Under the pieces are notes generated by a model, which was given only the letters and a program-made list of their open reading frames with translations, was not told the origin of the DNA and did no database searches. Positions 26,610-34,080 of a DNA stretch of 62,956 nucleotides are shown here, piece after piece (position 1 is the stretch's first letter; each line of letters opens with the position of its first letter). The DNA comes from an uncultured Desulfurococcaceae archaeon (GTDB taxonomy: Archaea; Thermoproteota; Thermoprotei_A; Sulfolobales; NBVN01). The DNA lies in assembly GCA_964636755.1 (NCBI GenBank), contig CAZWSU010000066.1, positions 1-62,956 of the forward strand, given 5' to 3'. The position numbers were made by a program, and so were the translations under genes.

Positions 26610-27269
26610 TTAAACGAGCTTGCCGCGTACTAGGAACTTACTAATTCCTATGCCGTAGTCCGCGCTTAAGTCTGTAGTGGTTATGAGTATTGCAGTCTCT
26701 GGAAGCAGTGTCTTAAGTAAGCTCACGATTTTAGATGTGGTGATCTCGTCTAAGTTTGAGAACGGCTCGTCAGCAACCAGCAGCTTAGGCTTCTTAACCA
26801 ACGCTCTAGCTATAGCTACCCTTTGCCTCTCACCACCACTTAACTCAGTAGGGTACCTATTCTCCAATCCTCCTAAACCAACCTGGTCTAAAACATACCT
26901 AACCCTATCCTCCCTCTCTTTCTTCGGAATCCCCAGCAAAGCCAGAGGTAACTCAACGTTCTCGTAAATCGTGAGCTTCGATAAAAGAACATATTCTTGA
27001 TCAACATACCCTATATACTTGAGCCTCAAAAGCGACCTGAGGTCATCTTTTGAGTTAGTTAAGTCAATACCCATGAATCTCACGGAACCCTCGTCAGGAA
27101 CTAACTGAAGTGAGGCTATCTTAGCCAGAGTCGTCTTACCAACACCGCTCCTCCCCCTCACCACCAAGACATCACCACTCTTCAGGCTGAGAGACACATC
27201 CACTAAAACGAACTCGTTACCTACCACCTTACTAACATTCCTTAACTCAAGCAACTCCAAACCCATCAC
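26610..27269 (-). CDS. ABC transporter ATP-binding protein (MacB/LolD/FtsE-like)
   Basis: Walker A GRSGVGKTTLAK, signature LSGGERQRVAIARAL, Walker B LLVADEPFSNLD. 219 aa. Confidence 0.9.
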   Translation of the reverse strand: MMGLELLELRNVSKVVGNEFVLVDVSLSLKSGDVLVVRGRSGVGKTTLAKIASLQLVPDEGSVRFMGIDLTNSKDDLRSLLRLKYIGYVDQEYVLLSKLTIYENVELPLALLGIPKKEREDRVRYVLDQVGLGGLENRYPTELSGGERQRVAIARALVKKPKLLVADEPFSNLDEITTSKIVSLLKTLLPETAILITTTDLSADYGIGISKFLVRGKLV

Positions 27270-28762
27270 CTCATAACGTAGACAGCACCGTTATTGTAAA
27301 TGAAGTCCTTAACCAAATTCAGCGAACTCAATCCTCGTATCATGTAGATATCAATAGGTGATAAGACGTACCCAAACCTGAAGTTATCAGAGTAGAACAC
27401 CGTCGGCGAACCCCTGCTAGTCTCAGTTAACTCAAGACCGCAAAAGAGATCCACAGTCACGGCATCACCTACTAAATACTTTACCTTAACGTCACCACAT
27501 AGCTTCCCGCTACCGAGGTGTTTGATTAAATTACTCAACCCGACTACCTCACGCTCACCATACTTCCAGTAATAAGTAATTGAGTCACCGCAGAAGATTA
27601 AGTTAATCAGTAATGTTGCCGTGATTATCGTGGAGATAATGAGTGCGGACGCCGCGTATCTTTCAGTACTTGCTCGACGCACATTCAGAGAAGCCGTAAT
27701 CGCTATAGCGGTGAAGAACAGGTAGTTAAGTATTCTGTGCAATATAGTCATGAGAGGTGGGGAATATATAGCGATATATTGGAGTCCCACCGATATCGGG
27801 AGGAGTGTAGACGGTATCAGAAGTTTGTGATCTTCTCCTCCCTTATCTCGTGTTGGGAGGGAAGACAAGATGATGACGGGAACCACGTACAAGAGTGTAG
27901 GGAATATCCCTAGAAGCTTAGAATTCGATACTAAGATTGCCGTAATCCCCGGAATTAAGATCAGTAAGGTCTTGGTGAAATCTCCTCCTACGAGCGCGTA
28001 CCAGCCATACGTCGCAGTACTCAAAACAAATAATATTAGGAAGTCAATTAATTCAAACCTAATCATCAACCCTCTCCAACCGTAAGAAGCCATGTAGGTA
28101 AAGTAGGTAAGAGTGAGTAGCGAGAACGCGAGAACACATCTCCTAATACTCACGACATGAGAGGAGCCCTCTAAACGCTTCACCAAAGTTGTGAATATGT
28201 AACTGCCGATGAAAACGATTATCATTAAGGGAGTTAAAGGGTGTGAGATCGTTAGCGAGAAAGCCACTAAAAGAGCTAGTACGGAAGTACTCAAATAACA
28301 TCCAGTAATCACTAAAGCAATAAACAATAAGGCTAAGGGGTATGCGTAAACTTCCTTTAAAGTAGTTGACGTGAAAATAACTAGAGACGGTATGGAAGTG
28401 AAAACTAGCGTGCTTAGCAAAGCCGAGTGTGTTCCTCTATACTTCTTGACTATGACGTAGGTAGTAACTAATGCTGAGGCTTGAGTAATGATGACTCCCG
28501 CGAATCTAAAGAAGTAAGTTGCTTCCAAACCTGTGAGCACTTCATACAAAGCACTCTCAAGAATTACCGCAGGCCATTTGTTGTGATACCCACCTAATAT
28601 GGAGTCATCCCATACCCTATACTCAGGGCTTGAGAGGATAGTTCTGCTTAACCTTATTAAAGGCCACGTATCCGTTGAGAAGGGCTGGTTAGTTATTAAG
28701 GTCGGTGTTAACCTAATCAATAATGCTGCGAGAATAACCAAGAATAAGGCTTTATTCCTCAC
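27266..28762 (-). CDS. Polytopic membrane protein (~11-12 TM plus C-terminal soluble domain), possibly GT-C-type glycosyltransferase or polymerase
   Basis: 498 aa. The first extracytoplasmic loop has an acidic motif (PFSTDTWP). The overall layout resembles GT-C / PMT-like enzymes. This assignment is a guess. Confidence 0.4.
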   Translation of the reverse strand: MRNKALFLVILAALLIRLTPTLITNQPFSTDTWPLIRLSRTILSSPEYRVWDDSILGGYHNKWPAVILESALYEVLTGLEATYFFRFAGVIITQASALVTTYVIVKKYRGTHSALLSTLVFTSIPSLVIFTSTTLKEVYAYPLALLFIALVITGCYLSTSVLALLVAFSLTISHPLTPLMIIVFIGSYIFTTLVKRLEGSSHVVSIRRCVLAFSLLTLTYFTYMASYGWRGLMIRFELIDFLILFVLSTATYGWYALVGGDFTKTLLILIPGITAILVSNSKLLGIFPTLLYVVPVIILSSLPTRDKGGEDHKLLIPSTLLPISVGLQYIAIYSPPLMTILHRILNYLFFTAIAITASLNVRRASTERYAASALIISTIITATLLINLIFCGDSITYYWKYGEREVVGLSNLIKHLGSGKLCGDVKVKYLVGDAVTVDLFCGLELTETSRGSPTVFYSDNFRFGYVLSPIDIYMIRGLSSLNLVKDFIYNNGAVYVMR

Positions 28763-29894
28763 TCCTCACGAACCCCCATGAAACACCTACAAGTAGTAAG
28801 GAAGTCTTAGAAGAGAACACGAATAGCGTATCATAAAGAGACATCTGCGGACTCATGCGATGGCTGAGTACCTCCAGCTTAATTAAATCATTAAAGTATT
28901 GAAGTATTGTGAAAGCAACTAAGACAGCTACTGCAACGTAAGTCAGGGTCTGTAGAGTTAAGAGTGCGAAGACCCTCTTCCTGGAAATCCCTAGGTATCT
29001 TAACACCGCAATAGCCTTCTTAGCTGACCTAAAGATATGTTCGCCGATAAGTATGTCGCTGATTATCACTAAAGCCGCGACGGTGTAGGATAGGGAGAAA
29101 ATGAAGTCTCTATGTATTCCTAGCTTAGCTACGTATATTTCCGGGATATCACCATGCAACTCGTGAACTAAGATATTACCTCGCTGTGATAAAACTAGTA
29201 AAGCTTTTTGAAGTAGCTTTATGTCTTCAGGATTGAGACCTATCCTCGCACTTATACTGCTTAAGATGCTCAAGTTCTTTGCTCGAAGAATTACGACCGA
29301 GTATTGATTGTTGCTTATTCCTCTAATAGTCCTAGATAACTCAATACTAGCTATGATCTCATAGTTTAGGAGTGAGTGGAATTGCTTAACACCACAAACC
29401 GTTACGAGAACAGGTTCTTTAATGAATGGCGAGTATAGCGCGAGCGTCTCTCCCTCACTAAGATTTAATTCTCTCGCTAGACCCTCACCGACGACGACGC
29501 AGGAAATATTGCTTCCTGAGCCATGATAATGATGAAAACTAGAGAACTCGGTTTTTTCAATCCCCCTAATAACTACGGTCTTACCCTTGAAGTACGCGAT
29601 GGAGAACACCAATGATTCCACGCTAATACCTTCTAAGTCGTTCACTAAATTTCTCACGTATTCCTCACTAACTACGGAAGTTAGTGGGGATATGGCGTAA
29701 CTAGAGATGACTAGACCTTCACCGTTAGTTAAGAGAAGGTTCTCGTAAAAGTTGTAGAGTGAGGTGAAAATACCTAAAATACTTAAAGAAATAGTTGATA
29801 GCAGGACTAGCAAGACTATAAAGCTTGCGTGCGTAATTATGGTGAGTGATTTAACGGTTGCTCTAAAACAACTAATTACTAACACGTCAATCAC
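28752..29894 (-). CDS. FtsX/MacB-type ABC permease (paralogue 1)
   Basis: Layout is 1 TM, a ~230-aa extracytoplasmic domain, then 3 TM. The FtsX-family loop RSAKKAIAVLRYLGISRKRVFALLTLQTL is present. Confidence 0.7.
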   Translation of the reverse strand: MIDVLVISCFRATVKSLTIITHASFIVLLVLLSTISLSILGIFTSLYNFYENLLLTNGEGLVISSYAISPLTSVVSEEYVRNLVNDLEGISVESLVFSIAYFKGKTVVIRGIEKTEFSSFHHYHGSGSNISCVVVGEGLARELNLSEGETLALYSPFIKEPVLVTVCGVKQFHSLLNYEIIASIELSRTIRGISNNQYSVVILRAKNLSILSSISARIGLNPEDIKLLQKALLVLSQRGNILVHELHGDIPEIYVAKLGIHRDFIFSLSYTVAALVIISDILIGEHIFRSAKKAIAVLRYLGISRKRVFALLTLQTLTYVAVAVLVAFTILQYFNDLIKLEVLSHRMSPQMSLYDTLFVFSSKTSLLLVGVSWGFVRSEE

Positions 29895-30855
29895 CTAACG
29901 TGAAAGCTAGGTAACCTATCGGGAAGTTTAAGAGGGAGATGAGAGCTGCTAGCACTAAGTATCCTGCGTGTGGTTCAGGCATTGGTAGCACAGGGTTCAT
30001 CAGAATCTTCATCACAGCGATTCCAGCACCCACTATTAAGTAGCTTAACGCGATAGTGTATAGAGTTACTAGCCCGGCAATCATCGATGTAGATAACGTG
30101 AAGACTAAGCGTATATTAGAGGTGCTTAGACCTTGCATACTAAGGATTCTTAATTCTTCGTCCAGTCTTTCAAGTAGTTTTGTGTTAGCTAGGTAGAGCA
30201 CAGGTATGTAAGACAAGAAGATTATCAATGCATAGCCTTCAGAAAACTCAGTAAGCTCCCTGATTAAGGATCCTATGACGAATTCACTAACTTCCCTGGC
30301 ATTACGCACGCATATAAATCCCCTATTCAGTCCTGCAATCTCGTTAATCCCTTCTAATATCAGGAAATTCTCTAGTTTCTCGTCGTGGGAGTACGTCACG
30401 CAGGCTGTAATACATTCCTTACCCACACATACCTCAATAAACTCTCCTAGAGATGTATTCAGTTCTTTCAACAACGCAGAACTTGCTGAGACTCTCGCAT
30501 ACCTGCAGTAGTCTTCGGAGACTTTCAGGCGTATGTTTGTGAGATTCTTTAACCCTATCACATCGCTTACTACGATGACTTGCGTCTGCAGCAGAGTTTC
30601 ATGATGAATTATAGTCACTAAACCGTACTTTATCGGAAGGCAACAGTTACTTGGGTCTATATTTTCGTCTATCGTTATGGAAGTACCGTTAACGTAGCCT
30701 AGCAATCTTTCTGAGTAAGCCGCGACAGAGTTGACTGTAAGAGATAAAGTGAGGAAGATGAGTGTGGGAGGTAACACAACCAGCAAAACAATCATGGATA
30801 ACCGCTTTCTAATAATAGAAAGCAACAAGATAGTGAGTCCGTGTCTCCTCTTCAT
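29887..30855 (-). CDS. FtsX/MacB-type ABC permease (paralogue 2)
   Basis: Same 1+3 TM topology, with EELRILSMQGLSTSNIRLVFTLSTSMIAG. Highly diverged from paralogue 1. Confidence 0.65.
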   Translation of the reverse strand: MKRRHGLTILLLSIIRKRLSMIVLLVVLPPTLIFLTLSLTVNSVAAYSERLLGYVNGTSITIDENIDPSNCCLPIKYGLVTIIHHETLLQTQVIVVSDVIGLKNLTNIRLKVSEDYCRYARVSASSALLKELNTSLGEFIEVCVGKECITACVTYSHDEKLENFLILEGINEIAGLNRGFICVRNAREVSEFVIGSLIRELTEFSEGYALIIFLSYIPVLYLANTKLLERLDEELRILSMQGLSTSNIRLVFTLSTSMIAGLVTLYTIALSYLIVGAGIAVMKILMNPVLPMPEPHAGYLVLAALISLLNFPIGYLAFTLGD

Positions 30856-31382
30856 GATCTCATCTTTGCCTGTTTAACGTGTCTGTATTTCCTGTAAGCT
30901 GCTCCAAAACCCCCGGTGATTGAGTAAACAAGTAACGTTACTAGAACAGGGGTTAGTCTTATCCCCCAAGGAGTGTAGTTAAGTATTAAACCTAGTAAGG
31001 GAACGATAGCTAGTGAGAGCCCTATTGAGAGAGCCAGTCTCTCTAAATCACTTAAGGATCCCTCGTCAGGGTAAAGTAGCTCAACCGTGACGTAACCGAC
31101 TAGGAAGAGAACTAGTATAGATCCGGCAACATACCTTAAGTAAATAATCTGAGGTATTAGATCTGTGAGGTAAACAGATACCACGGAGATAGCGACTAAA
31201 GCAATCGTGGTCCAGAGCCAGGAAGAGTAATCAGGTCTCAGTAAATATTCTGCGAAGACTTTCGGGGGGTTAGGATCAATTATCTCTATCTTACCTTCTA
31301 AAACCTCATCATAAACCTTCTTCAAAACCCTGTAGTTGTAGCCTAAAGACTTGACGTATTCCTCGAGTGTTTTGTTAGGCAA
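30852..31382 (-). CDS. DUF1616-like membrane protein (TM half), with short N-terminal soluble segment
   Basis: LERLALSIGLSLAIVPLLGLILNYTPWGIRLTPVLV matches the DUF1616 membrane-core signature as I recall it. Confidence 0.6.
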   Translation of the reverse strand: MPNKTLEEYVKSLGYNYRVLKKVYDEVLEGKIEIIDPNPPKVFAEYLLRPDYSSWLWTTIALVAISVVSVYLTDLIPQIIYLRYVAGSILVLFLVGYVTVELLYPDEGSLSDLERLALSIGLSLAIVPLLGLILNYTPWGIRLTPVLVTLLVYSITGGFGAAYRKYRHVKQAKMRS

Positions 31383-31383
31383 T

Positions 31384-31884
31384 TTAATGAACCCCCGCTA
31401 CCTTGACATGTAAGTGAGTCCATATCCCGCTGTAGACCCACACACCCCTACTTGCTTCATAGACCCATAACTCGAAGATTAAGGTAATGTTACCCCCGAC
31501 TAACGACTCATTAATTATCACAGGAACTCTAGTTCTTATTAATACCTCCTCGTTGTGATCAAGGAGTCTAGTAAAATTCATTAAGGTCTTTAAGTCAGCT
31601 GAGGTAGTGTTAGTGGGTAGTTCGTTGTTTTTACCTATTTTATACCTGACTTGAGCTAGTACTGGGTAACCCTTATAGTTAAAGATGGAGAGACATAAGT
31701 CTACGTCACTCCCAGCTACCACGAACTCAGGATAACTACCTATCTTGCAATCCTTGTCTAGCAGACCCAGAGCTACGAAAGGTTCTGTGACTTCAGGTCT
31801 TAACAAAGTAGCTACTGAGATCACCGAACCAATCACTACTATGGCGAGAATTACCGCGAATACCTCATCGTTTACTACGTTCAT
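31384..31884 (-). CDS. DUF1616-like extracytoplasmic beta-domain protein with its own N-terminal TM
   Basis: TEPFVALGLLDKDCKIGSYPEFVVAGSDVDLCLSIFNYKGYPV...YKIG resembles the C-terminal half of DUF1616 proteins. Confidence 0.5.
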   Translation of the reverse strand: MNVVNDEVFAVILAIVVIGSVISVATLLRPEVTEPFVALGLLDKDCKIGSYPEFVVAGSDVDLCLSIFNYKGYPVLAQVRYKIGKNNELPTNTTSADLKTLMNFTRLLDHNEEVLIRTRVPVIINESLVGGNITLIFELWVYEASRGVWVYSGIWTHLHVKVAGVH

Positions 31885-32302
31885 TAATTAAAACCCACCT
31901 CTTCCTACTCTTAAACCATACGTAAACGTAGAGTCTGGGGAGCAGTAAGTAGACTAGCGCTGGCAGAGAAAGTATTGCTGCTGCCGTGGCGTACTTGATC
32001 ACGGTTTGCGAGAAAACTATGTTATCGGCCTTAGACTCAAGCTCACTTAAGTTAGCCTCGATTCCGATCATCAACTCCATCGCTTCTTCAGACCTATTCG
32101 CTTCAAGAAGTTGCAGGACGTTTTTTAAGACCGTGACATATTGACTCACGTTAATTCCTTTCAAAGCTAAGTCCACGATCCTACCGTATAAATCAAGAAA
32201 CTTCTCGTAAGGATCCCCGCATGAGACTATGGCTGACTGAAGAACTATACTTGTTAGCAAGGTGAGCAAAATCAGCAACGCGAAGGTCCTCAACGAATGC
32301 AT
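31865..32302 (-). CDS. Small secreted helical protein with C-terminal TM anchor and basic tail; first gene of the cluster
   Basis: Signal peptide MHSLRTFALLILLTLLTSIVLQSA, ~90 helical residues, a TM, then KSRKRWVLINERSKR. ATG at 32302. Confidence 0.45.
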   Translation of the reverse strand: MHSLRTFALLILLTLLTSIVLQSAIVSCGDPYEKFLDLYGRIVDLALKGINVSQYVTVLKNVLQLLEANRSEEAMELMIGIEANLSELESKADNIVFSQTVIKYATAAAILSLPALVYLLLPRLYVYVWFKSRKRWVLINERSKR

Positions 32303-32343
32303 TCCGCATCATCTAATTTATTAACCTGAAGTTTTTATTATAT

Positions 32344-33300
32344 TTGTTGGTGTTAGGGACGCCCTACGACGACCTAACAATAATTATACCAACCCTTAAG
32401 GAAGCCGAGAGCATAGGTCTGGTTCTAGATGAGTTATTCTCAGTAGGCATTCCGCCAGACAAGATATTAGTTGTTGACGGCTACAGCGATGACGGAACAC
32501 GTGAGATAGCTGAGAGCAAGGGCGTGAAGGTAGTCTTACAGGAAGGTTTTGGTAAGGCAGACGCTATTAAGACGGGTTCTAAGCTGGTTAAGACAACCTA
32601 CGCTCTAGTAATGGATGGAGATTACACATACCCAGCGACGCGCGTACCTGAACTCTACAGCAAGATTTGCGAGGGCTACGACCTAGTCTTAGGTTATAGG
32701 AAGTACGTGGAGAAGGGAGCTATGAATAACCTCTTCAAGTTCGGGAACAAAATAATAACGACGTTCGTTAACGTTCTCTACGGTACTAAGGTTTCCGATG
32801 TCTTAACAGGTATGTATGTGGTTAGATCGAGTGTTCTGAAGGAGATTTTTTACGAGGCGAGAGACTTCAGCATAGAGATAGAGATCTTCTCTCACGTAGC
32901 TAACACAACAGGCAGAATCTCTGAGGTCCCTATCGAGTACAGGAAGAGGAGAGGTGTTAAGAAACTGAGAGTCTCACACGGCTTTAAGATAGCCTGGGAT
33001 TTAATCAGGTTAACATGGAGGTATAACCCCAGCTACTTAATATTCCTGCTAGGCGCTGCTCTCTTAATTCCGGGACTCACCTTAGGAGCTTACGTAGCTT
33101 ATCATTACTTCTTCACAGGAATCAAATACTATCTTAAAGGGCTAGTAGCAATACTACTAACTCTAGCAGGTTTCCAATCCTTATTAATGGCTATCATGTC
33201 TATCTACACTAAGAGGATAGAGATGAGGACAATACATAAAATTAATGAGTTAAAGATGTGTATTGACGAGTTAAGAGCGAGTCTTGAGAAGACTAGATGA
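32344..33300 (+). CDS. GT2-family glycosyltransferase (dolichyl-phosphate sugar synthase-like) with two C-terminal TM helices
   Basis: Contains IIIPTLKEAESIG, VVDGYSDDGT and MDGDYTY (DxD), which are GT-A/GT2 hallmarks. It diverges from the envelope cluster across a 41-nt A/T-rich spacer. Confidence 0.85.
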   Translation: MLVLGTPYDDLTIIIPTLKEAESIGLVLDELFSVGIPPDKILVVDGYSDDGTREIAESKGVKVVLQEGFGKADAIKTGSKLVKTTYALVMDGDYTYPATRVPELYSKICEGYDLVLGYRKYVEKGAMNNLFKFGNKIITTFVNVLYGTKVSDVLTGMYVVRSSVLKEIFYEARDFSIEIEIFSHVANTTGRISEVPIEYRKRRGVKKLRVSHGFKIAWDLIRLTWRYNPSYLIFLLGAALLIPGLTLGAYVAYHYFFTGIKYYLKGLVAILLTLAGFQSLLMAIMSIYTKRIEMRTIHKINELKMCIDELRASLEKTR

Positions 33301-33360
33301 GAAAGTTGTTTTAAGATCTCATGATCCCCAAACAGTTTTTCAGGTGAAATAAAGCAATAG

Positions 33361-33663
33361 TTAAGACTTCTCTTCAGAACCTCCAGCGCTAGTTACTCCC
33401 TTCCCTGCAACTTCACTCTCAAGCTTCTTTAACTCTTCCTCTATCTCTTTCTCTATCTCTTCTATAGGCTTCGGTGGAGGGGTCGTAGCTAGCGTATACC
33501 CGATCCAAGCAAGAATTCCGAAGACCCCGGCCACTGCTACGAAACCCGTAATCTGTAGAATCAGCAAAGAGTACTCACTCATGAAAACTAACCACCCGTA
33601 AACTACTATCACGACCACGGAAACTACGAGGAGTAGGTACCCTATTACCTGATCCCTACTCAA
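33361..33663 (-). CDS. Small membrane protein (2 TM plus acidic coiled tail)
   Basis: 100-aa ORF with two hydrophobic helices followed by PPPKPIEEIEKEIEEELKKLESE. Confidence 0.5.
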   Translation of the reverse strand: MSRDQVIGYLLLVVSVVVIVVYGWLVFMSEYSLLILQITGFVAVAGVFGILAWIGYTLATTPPPKPIEEIEKEIEEELKKLESEVAGKGVTSAGGSEEKS

Positions 33664-33696
33664 TAGACCACCTCACAATAATATGTTTGAGGTAAC

Positions 33697-33706
33697 TTAT
33701 ATAAAT
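33697..33706. promoter_or_regulatory. Near-palindromic TATA element (TTATATAAAT), candidate bidirectional promoter
   Basis: It lies about 35 nt upstream of the minus-strand 100-aa gene. It is also positioned to start a plus-strand transcript at about 33725-33730. Confidence 0.35.
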
Positions 33707-33898
33707 CTGACCTTCTCTCCGCCTTTAAAGGCGAGGCTTTCGGTTATCAATTCTGTTCAGTCACACTAAGATCGCTTAGGTACGTGCCGTGTTGCATGTT
33801 TGGGTTCCATATTGGTTTATGTGAGGTCTTCTACTCCGCGAAATATTTTCAAAGCTCTGGAATATAGGGATACCGAAATCTCCGTGGGCGGGGTGGAA

Positions 33899-33951
33899 GT
33901 CCCTAGATGCAGCGAATAGAAATGAACTAATGAGAATGGACATTTAGGGAC
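33899..33951. repeat. 11-bp inverted repeat (GTCCCTAGATG / CATTTAGGGAC, one G-T pair) enclosing a 31-nt loop
   Basis: Read directly from the sequence. It lies in the 417-nt ORF-free spacer downstream of glnA. Confidence 0.9.
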
Positions 33952-34080
33952 AAACGGTCTGGGGTGCCCCTGAAAGCCTCCGAGCAGATGTAAACCCAGG
34001 AAGCGATGAGGGGGAACAAAGATGAGATGAGGTGGTGAATCATATCAAACCATATAAACCCGCATGAGAGCTGAACCTCT

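Noticed and set aside
30852-31884. DUF1616-like halves as a frameshifted pseudogene
   Set aside because: The order of the halves is the reverse of the single-chain domain order. Each half has its own start codon and TM segment, and both frames are clean. A single frameshift cannot regenerate a canonical protein.
33891-33955. RNase P RNA-like strings: GGAAGUCCC (CR-I-like), CCUAGAUG (CR-IV-like) and ACAUUUAGGGAC (CR-V-like)
   Set aside because: The GUCCCUAG and UUAGGGAC segments simply pair as a local 11-bp hairpin with a 31-nt loop. That leaves no room for the P5-P15 and specificity-domain elements. I could not find CR-II/III or a P1 pairing. I keep it only as part of the unexplained-spacer finding.
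33985-34010. SRP RNA-like strings (GAUGUAAACCC resembling the Alu-domain UGUAAC motif; CCCAGGAAGCG resembling the helix-8 GGAA loop region)
   Set aside because: The motifs are in the wrong order and spacing, and the conserved helix-8 AGCA/GGAA asymmetric-loop context is absent.
33927-34043. 38-aa minus-strand micro-ORF (MIHHLISSLFPLIASWVYICSEAFRGTPDRLSLNVHSH) just after glnA
   Set aside because: It has no promoter or ribosome-binding context of its own. It is pyrimidine-rich simply because the plus strand is purine-rich, and it is too short to evaluate.
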